From Candidatus Staskawiczbacteria bacterium RIFOXYD1_FULL_32_13 (GTDB taxonomy: Bacteria > Patescibacteriota > Minisyncoccia > Minisyncoccales > Staskawiczbacteraceae): a DNA stretch of 38,732 nucleotides. Below, in pieces: positions 27,302-35,893 of the stretch. The stretch's first letter is position 1. Every line of letters starts with the position of its first letter. The stretch lies in NCBI GenBank assembly GCA_001820485.1, contig MHPU01000020.1, forward strand, positions 11,589-50,320, given 5' to 3'. Both the position numbers and the translations under genes were made by a program. The notes under the pieces are model-generated. The model saw nothing but the letters and a program-made list of their open reading frames with translations, was not told where the DNA came from and searched no databases.

Positions 27302-27752
27302 AAATTACAAATTACAAGCACCAAATTACAAACAAATTCTAATGACTGAAAATAAAAATTCAAAACCATATGATCTTGAAGAACGAACTGCAAAATTTGC
27401 AGAAAACTGCAGAGATTTTATTAAAGGTTTGTCTAAAACAATTTCAAATATAGAATATTCTAAACAACTTATTAGATCCTCTGGCTCACAAGCAGCAAAT
27501 TATATTGAAGCCAATGAAGCACTAAGTAAAAAAGATTTTATTCATAGAATTAGAATTTGTAGAAAAGAAACAAAAGAAAGTTGTTTATGGTTAAGATTAT
27601 CTGAAACTAATAATATTGATATTTCAGAAAAACAAAAACAATATTTACAAAATGAAGCAATAGAAATTAGAAAAATCTTTACATCAATATTAAATAAAAG
27701 TGTTTTGTAATTTATTATATTTTGTGATTTGTTATTTGTAATTTGTAATTTT
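27302..27752 (+). mobile_element. Putative cassette: heptamer arm, four-helix-bundle gene, inverted heptamer arm
   Basis: Arms 27302-27333 and 27721-27752 match the empty elements at 10482-10551 and 8295-8365. Mobility is inferred only. Confidence 0.55.
27342..27710 (+). CDS. Four helix bundle protein (23S rRNA IVP / Avd-like family)
   Basis: YDLEERTAKFA, KQLIRSSGSQAANYIEANEALSKKDFIHRIRICRKETKESCLWL. Confidence 0.92.
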   Translation: MTENKNSKPYDLEERTAKFAENCRDFIKGLSKTISNIEYSKQLIRSSGSQAANYIEANEALSKKDFIHRIRICRKETKESCLWLRLSETNNIDISEKQKQYLQNEAIEIRKIFTSILNKSVL

Positions 27753-27758
27753 CGTTTT

Positions 27759-28166
27759 ATGGAGCAATATCCTATTCCACAATTTATTGAGCAAGAAGGA
27801 AAAATAGCTTTCTTTATTTCTTTTAGACAATTCTTTTACCTTTGCGGTGGAGGAGTAATTTGTTTTATTTTATATTATACAGTTCCATTTTTTATATTTG
27901 CAATTTTATCTTTACTTATTATGGGAGTTGTTGGATCTTTAGCTTTCTTAACAGTAAACGGAATGCCAATAATAAATATTGTTTTAAATTCTATTGGTTT
28001 TTTAACTCATACCAAAAATTATACTTGGCACAAAAAAGAATCAGCTTATCCATTTAAAACTGTAAAAAGAATACAAATAAGAAAAATTGATGAGGGCTCA
28101 AAATTGCAAGCACAAACAAGTAGATTAAAAAAAATACACACTCAAGTAGAAATGAGAACCAAATAA
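27759..28166 (+). CDS. PrgI family protein (VirB3-like)
   Basis: QYPIPQFIEQEGKIAFFISFRQF, two TM helices, VNGMP. Start set to the ATG at 27759. Confidence 0.85.
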   Translation: MEQYPIPQFIEQEGKIAFFISFRQFFYLCGGGVICFILYYTVPFFIFAILSLLIMGVVGSLAFLTVNGMPIINIVLNSIGFLTHTKNYTWHKKESAYPFKTVKRIQIRKIDEGSKLQAQTSRLKKIHTQVEMRTK

Positions 28167-28167
28167 A

Positions 28168-28833
28168 ATGCCAACAAACTCAACACAAGATTTTTTAGAA
28201 ATAAAAGATATAAGAGAGGGAGTTATTATTTTAAAAAATAACTCAATTAGAGGAATACTAATGGTTTCCTCGCTTAATTTTGCTTTAAAATCTGAAGAAG
28301 AACAAACAGCAATTATTTATGCTTATCAAAGTTTTTTAAATTCTTTAGATTTTTCTTGCCAAATTATTATTCAATCAAGAAAAATTAATATCACTCCATA
28401 TTTAGATGGCTTGCAAGAATTAGAGAGAAGACAAACTTCCGATTTGATGCGCCAACAAACAGCAAGTTATAGAAAGTTTATTAAAGAAATGGTGAGAGGA
28501 GATATGGTTATGACTAAAAACTTTTATGTTGTAATTCCTTATGAATTAATGGAAATTTTTGGTGCTTCGGGGATTACAAAACAATTTGATTTTTTAAAAA
28601 ATGTCAAAGGTAAAAAACAAGAGACACAAGAAGTAAAAGACCAAGATTTTGAAAGATGCAAAACTCAGCTTTGGCAAAGAATGGAGTTTTTAGCTATGGG
28701 ACTTCGCAGATGTGGTCTTGAAGCTGTTCCCTTAACAACTCCTGAATTAATTGAACTTTTTTGGTCAATACACCATCCAGAGCAAGCAGAAATTGGATAT
28801 TATCCTGAAATATTACCAGAGTTATTAAAATAA
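28168..28833 (+). CDS. TraC/VirB4 N-terminal-like accessory protein
   Basis: STQDFLEIKDIREG, NFALKSEEEQ, FLNSLDF, FYVVIPY; lies between prgI and virB4. Confidence 0.7.
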   Translation: MPTNSTQDFLEIKDIREGVIILKNNSIRGILMVSSLNFALKSEEEQTAIIYAYQSFLNSLDFSCQIIIQSRKINITPYLDGLQELERRQTSDLMRQQTASYRKFIKEMVRGDMVMTKNFYVVIPYELMEIFGASGITKQFDFLKNVKGKKQETQEVKDQDFERCKTQLWQRMEFLAMGLRRCGLEAVPLTTPELIELFWSIHHPEQAEIGYYPEILPELLK

Positions 28834-28842
28834 AATCATAAA

Positions 28843-30657
28843 ATGAATTTACCTTTTTTAGACAATTTAATGGGAAAGAAAAAGGATGACTTGATGAATA
28901 ATATCTTTGAGGAAGAGAAATTTGACGTGCGAGATATTATAGCTCCACCATATGTTGGAGTAAATCAAGATAATATAAAATTAGGAGAAAGATTCTCTAA
29001 ATCATTTTTTATTTTTTCTTATCCAAGATACTTAAATACTGGGTGGTTTTCTCCTGTGATTGATTTAAACGTTCCAATGGATATTTCATTTTTTATTCAT
29101 CCAATTTCTAGCGAATTAATTCTAAAGAAATTAAGAAAGAAAATTACCGAGGTTTCTTCGGAACTTTTAGAAAGAGAAGAAAAAGGATTAATTAGAGATC
29201 CATCACTGCAAACAGCTTATCAAGATATTGAAGCTTTAAGAGACAAATTAATGACAGCTCAGGAAAGAATGTTTAGGTTTGGTTTATATATTACAATTTA
29301 TGATACTTCAGAAAAAGGACTCAAAGAAACAGAACTTACATTTAGATCAATTTTTGAATCAAGATTAATTTATATTAAACCTGCTTTATTTCGCCAAAAA
29401 GAAGGGTTTATTTCTTGCAATCCTTATGGAATGGATTTACTAGATGTACATGTTCCAATGGACACCGAGCCCCTGTCAACTGCTTTTCCATTTATTTCTT
29501 TTGATTTAAGTTCTAATGAAGGAATTTTGTATGGAGTTAACAGACATAACAATTCTTTGGTTTTGTTTGATAGATTTTCTTTGGAAAATGCCAATATGGT
29601 TGTTTTTGCAAAATCTGGATCAGGAAAATCTTATGCTATAAAACTGGAAATTTTAAGATATTTAATGCAACAAGTTGATGTAGTTGTAATTGATCCTGAA
29701 AATGAATATGAAACTTTGGCTGATTCTGTTGGTGGTGCATTTTTAAAAATTTCTTTAACTTCGGAAAATCATGTAAATCCTTTTGATTTGCCAATTCCAG
29801 CAGAAGGAGAAAATCCTGAAGATATTTTAAGAAGTAATATTATAAACTTGGTTGGATTACTTAGAATTATGCTTGGGGGACTTTCTGCAGAAGAAGATAG
29901 TATTATTGATGAAGCATTAACACAAACATATGCAATTCGCGATATAACAGCAACTTCTGATCCAAAAAAATGGAAAGAAAATACACCTTTAATGTCTGAT
30001 TTTGAAGAAATTTTAAATAGTATGCAAGGTGCTGAATCTTTATCTAGAAGGCTTGGCAAATATACAAAAGGGACTTTTTCTGATTTTTTTAATCAAAAAT
30101 CAAATTTAACAATGGATAAAAATTTGGTTGTTTTTGGAATAAGAGATATGGAAGAATCTTTAAAACCAATGGCCTTGTATATTATAATGCGTTATGTTTG
30201 GAACATTGTAAGATCTCAAATTAAAAAAAGAATTTTAGTGGTTGATGAAGCTTGGTGGCTTATGCAAACAGAAGATGGTGCATCATTTTTATTTGGAATG
30301 GCTAAACGTGGTAGAAAATATTATTTAGGAGTAACAACTATCACTCAAGATGTGGCTGATTTTATGCAATCAGATTATGGAAAAGCTATAATTTCAAACT
30401 CATCTTTACAACTCTTATTAAAACAATCTCCAGCTACAGTTGAAGTTGTTAAAAAAACATTTAATTTAACAGAACAAGAAAAATATTTATTGCTTGAAGC
30501 TGGTGTTGGAGAAGGATTATTTTTTGCTGGAAAAAAACATGTTGCAATTTCTGTGGTTGCCAGTCAAACAGAAGACAGAATTATAACAACTAACCCAAGA
30601 GAAGCCATGGAAAGAGGAGAAGCAAAAAGAAAGATAGATGCAGCAAGAAACCAGTAA
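28843..30657 (+). CDS. virB4: VirB4/TraE family secretion ATPase
   Basis: Walker A AKSGSGKS, IDPENEY, Walker B VVDEAW, KRGRKY, ITQDVADF. Confidence 0.9.
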   Translation: MNLPFLDNLMGKKKDDLMNNIFEEEKFDVRDIIAPPYVGVNQDNIKLGERFSKSFFIFSYPRYLNTGWFSPVIDLNVPMDISFFIHPISSELILKKLRKKITEVSSELLEREEKGLIRDPSLQTAYQDIEALRDKLMTAQERMFRFGLYITIYDTSEKGLKETELTFRSIFESRLIYIKPALFRQKEGFISCNPYGMDLLDVHVPMDTEPLSTAFPFISFDLSSNEGILYGVNRHNNSLVLFDRFSLENANMVVFAKSGSGKSYAIKLEILRYLMQQVDVVVIDPENEYETLADSVGGAFLKISLTSENHVNPFDLPIPAEGENPEDILRSNIINLVGLLRIMLGGLSAEEDSIIDEALTQTYAIRDITATSDPKKWKENTPLMSDFEEILNSMQGAESLSRRLGKYTKGTFSDFFNQKSNLTMDKNLVVFGIRDMEESLKPMALYIIMRYVWNIVRSQIKKRILVVDEAWWLMQTEDGASFLFGMAKRGRKYYLGVTTITQDVADFMQSDYGKAIISNSSLQLLLKQSPATVEVVKKTFNLTEQEKYLLLEAGVGEGLFFAGKKHVAISVVASQTEDRIITTNPREAMERGEAKRKIDAARNQ

Positions 30658-30660
30658 TTA

Positions 30661-30782
30661 TTTAGTATATTGTATTTAGAAGCTAGAAGCTTGAATAGAA
30701 TTTAGAATATAGAATATTAAAGATTCTTTACTTAAAATTTATTATTCAATTCTAGCTACCAGATACTAAATTCTAAATACAA
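30661..30782. repeat. Second-type heptamer inverted-repeat element (TAGAAnn units)
   Basis: Perfect 12-bp inverted repeat TTGTATTTAGAA (30670-30681) / TTCTAAATACAA (30771-30782); 7-nt periodic arms. Confidence 0.75.
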
Positions 30783-30787
30783 AGAAT

Positions 30788-31273
30788 TTGGCAGATGATA
30801 GTGGAGAAATAACAAGCCCAGAAGGCGTTTTAATGCTAATGGTAGCTGTGATTTTAGATGGGATTGGATTAATAATTCTTTGCTTTGCTTTAGATGATTT
30901 TTGGATTTTAGACATGACAGGTCTTTTAACAATTGGTGCTTGGATTTTTTTTCGCACAGGACACGTATCTGCTACTGCCACAGCTAAAAAAACTGGCAAG
31001 AAATTATTATCTCGACTTGGCCTCGGCCTTATAGTAGAACTTATCCCATGGTTTGGCGGACTTTGCCCTTCTTGGGTTATTATAGTTTGGAGAGAGATGA
31101 ACGGTAAAAATGTTAAAGATACTAAAATACAATCTCAGGAAATACAAATGTCATCTAATAGAGAACTAAGAAAAGCTGGAATAAATGAATTAAGGCCAAA
31201 TTGGAAAAATAAACAAAAAAATGAAAACAATTCCCCAGAATTAGAATCAGAAGAACCAGATGAAGAATATTAA
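30788..31273 (+). CDS. Hypothetical membrane protein of the secretion locus
   Basis: TTG start, hydrophobic hairpins, VELIPWFGGLCPSW, acidic tail; overlaps the next gene. Confidence 0.7.
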   Translation: MADDSGEITSPEGVLMLMVAVILDGIGLIILCFALDDFWILDMTGLLTIGAWIFFRTGHVSATATAKKTGKKLLSRLGLGLIVELIPWFGGLCPSWVIIVWREMNGKNVKDTKIQSQEIQMSSNRELRKAGINELRPNWKNKQKNENNSPELESEEPDEEY

Positions 31274-34200
31274 AGCAATTTTATTATTACTAATTTTATC
31301 CATACTGGTTTTGCCTGTGGGGGTTTTGGCTTTGGAGAATGATTACCCTGATATTTTAGGTAATGTACTTCCAGCGAATCCTGATATTGCAGATTTGGTA
31401 AGCTATTTTGCAAATATTGGCATATCAATATCTTTAATTTTAGCAACACTTGTAATTATTTTTGGAGGCCTGCAATATATGGTTTATAATGCTTTAGGTA
31501 AATCAACCTCCGAAGGCAAAGATTGGGTTAAATCTGGGCTTTTGGGAATGTTTTTATTGGTTACTGCTTACATAATTTTGTCTACCATAAATCCTGCATT
31601 AGCAAACCCAACAATAGGAAAACTTTTAGATGTAATTCCTTTTATTAATAGATCTATACCTAGTTTGAACCAAGGTCCGCCAAAAATGATTTATAAAGAA
31701 ATTCCTTTGGGAACATTAGCTGAAACAGTTTTGTCTCGCAAAATAAGTTGTTATACATATAATGAAATGGGAGATCCAATTCAAAGCCCAATGAAAACTG
31801 ACCGTGGAGATATTATTGATGGCCCAGCACATTTAGATCACGATAGAGTTGATTGTATGAAAGAACTAAACCAAGCAATTGAAAAAAAATCAAAATTAAT
31901 TAAAGAATTATCTACAAAAATTGCTAGTTTAATGACAAGCTGTAAATGTAAAGATACTAATAGCTCAACCTCAAATACAACTTCAAACACAACCTCAAAT
32001 ACAACTTCAAACACAGAATGTAAAACAGATCTCTTATGTCCTGATTTTGCCCCATATGTAGATTCATCAACATGTAAAGCACATTGTGGTCCAGCTAGAC
32101 CATGTAATTGTGGTGGTTCTTGCGAAACAGTAGAATCACCGGAATTCGAATTGTGCCCTGAAGGAACAAAAAAAATGGTAAAAGAAGGCCCAATAGAAAT
32201 GGGCGGGCTTGATTGGTTTGAATTTACTGGAATTGTTTTTGATAATTTGCCTAATCCACCAGTAGGTTATACTTATTATACAAACGAACTTCATAAATGT
32301 ATGGCTACAGGATCTTTAAAACCGAAAGAATATAAAGGCTTAAAAGAATTTGATGATGATGGTCTTTCATTTCAAGATATAGCTAATCTTATTGAAACAA
32401 ATACAAAAGTAAATGGAAAAGATGTTATTTTATTAAATGAAAAAAATTGGAATAACTTAAGATTAATTCAGCAATTAATGTATTTGAGAGAAAAATTAAA
32501 TCAAATGAATATAACCTTGAATCAAGATAATAGAAACTTAAATTCAGCTAAGGCAGAATTAGGTAGATGTTATATGGCTACGCCTTATGTTGATTATCTA
32601 AAAAAAGTGGAACAAACTAAGAAAGAAGATTTGGTTTTACTAATACAAAAAAACTTTAATCAGTATGAACAAAAATATACTGATATTTCCAAATATTGTA
32701 ATGGTTTTGGTTATGTAAACTCAAGTTGCTTTTATAATTGTGAAAATGCTTGCCCTTCAACAATGTCCAATGTTCTGTTGTCTTTTGCATCTTGTAAAAC
32801 AGAAAACTGCGATAATATTTGCTCAGAAAATACCATGGCTTGTATTACTCAAAAAAATAATTGTGTAATTAATCAAAATAATTGTTTAGCAGAAAAAATA
32901 TTTAAACAAGAACCTTGCCCTAATGATAGCTCGGGTAATTTTGGCAATTTTGAAGAATGTTTAGACAATTGTAAAACAAAATGTAATGATAATTGTAAAT
33001 CAAAATTTGAAGTATGCTCAAATGTTGGTGCTTCTTGCCAAACCTGTAGCACAAATTTAGATCCAACTGCAAATTTCCCTGGGGTATGTGAAATACTTTT
33101 AAAAAATTATTGCACTGATGAATTTACAAAATGCCAAAATATTTGCAATAATAATTCAAATTGTATTATAAGCAATAAAGAAAAATGTTTATACAGTCCA
33201 CAATCATTACTCAACTGCACCATTACAAATACTGATGATGAAAATAAGAAAAATTGTGTAGAAAGTTCTGGCTTTACTTGTAAATATGGATCTTCCCAAC
33301 AAGCAGGTTATGCTGATTGTTTAGAAGATCCACAATCTTTACAAAACAAATTTTCTGCATCTGATATTTTTAAAGGTGTTGTTGATGGTCCAGACTACCA
33401 AAAATGCCCAAACCCATATTTGCCAAACCCTCAAGGTTCTTGTTATTCAGTAAATAGCCCTTACACACTATGTGGTGATTCTTGCCCTGAAGTTTCAAAA
33501 TGTCCTTCTGCCTCAAATTGCCCTGATTGCCCATGTACAACACTACCTTTAAATTTAGCTTCTTCTAGCTCAACAAGTAGCAATAGTAGTGGTAGTGGTA
33601 GTGGTAGTGGTAGTACTAGCAATAGTGGCAGTACCCCCTCTCAAATAACTGATTATCAGATGGTTGGGGGAGAATGCCAAGAATATAAATATAATGATGA
33701 TCCTTTGACTTTTTATTGTCGGCAAGATTGGTGGAATGAGCCAGCACTGCAAGCAAAAGAACCACTTGCCAATAGCTATATTTGTCCTAAAGAAAAAGAA
33801 ATTCCAGTAGGTCAAGCAATAGATGATACTGGAATATGGGCACAAAAACTTATAAATTACAATATTAATTTTATTAGAACAACGGACCAATTAATAAATA
33901 GCCTTAAAGTAATTGATACCTTAAATAAATCTGATAATTATTGCAAATGCGGGTCTACTTGTGATGATGCGGGTACAGAAACAGTTTGCAATGCTCCTTG
34001 TATTCCAAAATTACTAATATTAATAAATCCAGATGGAACAGAAAATAAAATCTGCACTTGTGTAAGTCAAGGGTGTACAGGAAATCCCTGCCAAAGAATG
34101 TTAAATTTGTTAAAAGGAAAAGGCAAAACAGCCCCTTGTCCTAAAGATAAAATAATTTATGGACCAATACAATTTTATACACAAATTAAAAAACTTTTTG

Positions 34201-34544
34201 ACACAATAGATGATTTTTCTTTAAAGAGTAGAACGGATATTGTCAAAAAGTTAATTTATTCTAGAAAAACTATGAATAGCTGTAGTTCTGAGAGTAAAGC
34301 TAATACAGTGGCAGAACAAACAAGATTAGAAAGTTGTAGAAGGGTAAGAAATAATTTTATTTCTCCAATTGCCAACGAAGAATATATTATTAATGGTCAA
34401 AAAGTAGATTATCCTTGTTATGGAATTGACCTTGGTGGTATATTTGGTTCTTCTTTCGGATCATCTGGAGCTTCTGTTTCAATTTCTCAAACCCCAATTA
34501 TACCAGCTACTGATAATTGGTTTTGTTGTCTACCAAGAGATTAA
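31260..34544 (+). CDS. Large Cys-rich surface protein with N-terminal VirB2/TrbC-like pilin domain
   Basis: Signal peptide; IIFGGLQYM...GKDWVKSGLLGMFLLVTAYIILSTINPAL; dozens of Cys including CxxxC runs. Confidence 0.75.
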   Translation: MKNIKAILLLLILSILVLPVGVLALENDYPDILGNVLPANPDIADLVSYFANIGISISLILATLVIIFGGLQYMVYNALGKSTSEGKDWVKSGLLGMFLLVTAYIILSTINPALANPTIGKLLDVIPFINRSIPSLNQGPPKMIYKEIPLGTLAETVLSRKISCYTYNEMGDPIQSPMKTDRGDIIDGPAHLDHDRVDCMKELNQAIEKKSKLIKELSTKIASLMTSCKCKDTNSSTSNTTSNTTSNTTSNTECKTDLLCPDFAPYVDSSTCKAHCGPARPCNCGGSCETVESPEFELCPEGTKKMVKEGPIEMGGLDWFEFTGIVFDNLPNPPVGYTYYTNELHKCMATGSLKPKEYKGLKEFDDDGLSFQDIANLIETNTKVNGKDVILLNEKNWNNLRLIQQLMYLREKLNQMNITLNQDNRNLNSAKAELGRCYMATPYVDYLKKVEQTKKEDLVLLIQKNFNQYEQKYTDISKYCNGFGYVNSSCFYNCENACPSTMSNVLLSFASCKTENCDNICSENTMACITQKNNCVINQNNCLAEKIFKQEPCPNDSSGNFGNFEECLDNCKTKCNDNCKSKFEVCSNVGASCQTCSTNLDPTANFPGVCEILLKNYCTDEFTKCQNICNNNSNCIISNKEKCLYSPQSLLNCTITNTDDENKKNCVESSGFTCKYGSSQQAGYADCLEDPQSLQNKFSASDIFKGVVDGPDYQKCPNPYLPNPQGSCYSVNSPYTLCGDSCPEVSKCPSASNCPDCPCTTLPLNLASSSSTSSNSSGSGSGSGSTSNSGSTPSQITDYQMVGGECQEYKYNDDPLTFYCRQDWWNEPALQAKEPLANSYICPKEKEIPVGQAIDDTGIWAQKLINYNINFIRTTDQLINSLKVIDTLNKSDNYCKCGSTCDDAGTETVCNAPCIPKLLILINPDGTENKICTCVSQGCTGNPCQRMLNLLKGKGKTAPCPKDKIIYGPIQFYTQIKKLFDTIDDFSLKSRTDIVKKLIYSRKTMNSCSSESKANTVAEQTRLESCRRVRNNFISPIANEEYIINGQKVDYPCYGIDLGGIFGSSFGSSGASVSISQTPIIPATDNWFCCLPRD
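31966..32013 (+). repeat. Coding tandem repeat (TSNT units)
   Basis: CAACCTCAAATACAACTTCAAACA twice; encodes a Ser/Thr/Asn linker. Confidence 0.8.
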
Positions 34545-34567
34545 ATTTTATAATTAAATAAAAACTT

Positions 34568-35893
34568 ATGGAACAAAAACAAAAAAAGTTTATATTTTAT
34601 TCACTAATATTTATAGCATTAACTTTGTCTAATATTACTTTTGCGTTAGAGGCAAAATATCCTGTTTTTCCGGGATTACCGCAAATAACAGATAACACTA
34701 TGAAAAACCCTGATGCTATAGGTCAGTTGGTGCAATATTTTTTTGGAATTGGAATTATTTTTTCTGGGGCTATTGCCTTAATTTCTTTAGCTGTTGCCGG
34801 AGTTCAGCTTATAATTGGGCAAGCTAATCCCGAAGGAGTATCTCAAGCTAAAGATAGAATTAGAGGATCTTTACTTGGAGTGGTTTTGTTAATGGTTTCT
34901 TTTATAATTTTAAAATCAATTAACCCTGTTTTACTTAAAACAGAAGTTACCCCCTTAACAACGGGGCCTGGAGTTTTTTATGTAAGTGCTGATAACAAAG
35001 TGGAAACAACTTGTCCTCCATCAGAAAGTGACACCAGTTCTCTTACTACCTTTGCTGGTGGCAATATAGTCTATAGGTGTGCAACTCCCACAGAGCCAAA
35101 CCTTTTAATTTGGGTATATGATAAACCAAATTTTGACCCTTCCTCTACTAATAAATTTACATATGAAAAAAAATGTGGAGAAAATTTCCCAATTCCTGCT
35201 TCCGGCTCTTTTAAAATAGGATTTAAAACTCCTGGGGTGTATTTTTATATAGATGGTAATTGTATTAATGATGGTTATAGGTCTAGTGTTGTCTTAACAA
35301 GTGGGCAACTGCCAGAAGAATTTAAAAATATAAAAGGTTCAGTTGAATTTGTTAATGATGTTACATATAAAAATTATTATGGAGTCATTTTACATGAGAG
35401 AATTAATGAATCTGGTGGAGGAAATTGTCAATATCCAATGTTCTCCTCCATACTTGCTACAGATTGTAAAGAAATTACACTTAATAGTGCTTCTGCCACC
35501 GTGTTTACTCAAAACGACCAGCCAATTAAATCTGGAGATGGAATAGATTTTTATAGTGGAGCTTATGGTTGGGACACCAAAGGATCAAGAGCTGGCATAT
35601 ATGAGTTAAAAAACATTTTTATTACCGGTCCCAAAAAATATGATCCAGCAACAATGATATTTAATTATATTGGGTCAGGTGTAGATCTAAATGAACAAAT
35701 AGCAAAACCAAATTTCAAAAAAAGCCCTGGCTCTATAAGAATAAAAGGAAATTACTTAGTTGCTTTGTACTCAAGTCTTAGTAGTGGTTATTGCCAAGTT
35801 TTTAAAACAAATGCAGTTGATTTAAAAGGAACAGAATATGTTGGCCCAGGAAATATTTCCATAGAAGCCGTTCACGTAATACCAACAAAATAA
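34568..35893 (+). CDS. Pilin-domain protein with beta-rich C-terminal region
   Basis: AGVQLIIG...AKDRIRGSLLGVVLLMVSFIILKSINPVL; PGVYFY; SIRIKGNYLV. Confidence 0.75.
   Translation: MEQKQKKFIFYSLIFIALTLSNITFALEAKYPVFPGLPQITDNTMKNPDAIGQLVQYFFGIGIIFSGAIALISLAVAGVQLIIGQANPEGVSQAKDRIRGSLLGVVLLMVSFIILKSINPVLLKTEVTPLTTGPGVFYVSADNKVETTCPPSESDTSSLTTFAGGNIVYRCATPTEPNLLIWVYDKPNFDPSSTNKFTYEKKCGENFPIPASGSFKIGFKTPGVYFYIDGNCINDGYRSSVVLTSGQLPEEFKNIKGSVEFVNDVTYKNYYGVILHERINESGGGNCQYPMFSSILATDCKEITLNSASATVFTQNDQPIKSGDGIDFYSGAYGWDTKGSRAGIYELKNIFITGPKKYDPATMIFNYIGSGVDLNEQIAKPNFKKSPGSIRIKGNYLVALYSSLSSGYCQVFKTNAVDLKGTEYVGPGNISIEAVHVIPTK

Noticed and set aside
27342-27710. Diversity-generating retroelement
   Set aside because: Avd-like fold only; no reverse transcriptase or TR/VR pair seen in the window.
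33560-33640. AGTGGT tandem repeat as a contingency locus
   Set aside because: The 6-bp unit keeps the frame and encodes an ordinary Ser-Gly linker.
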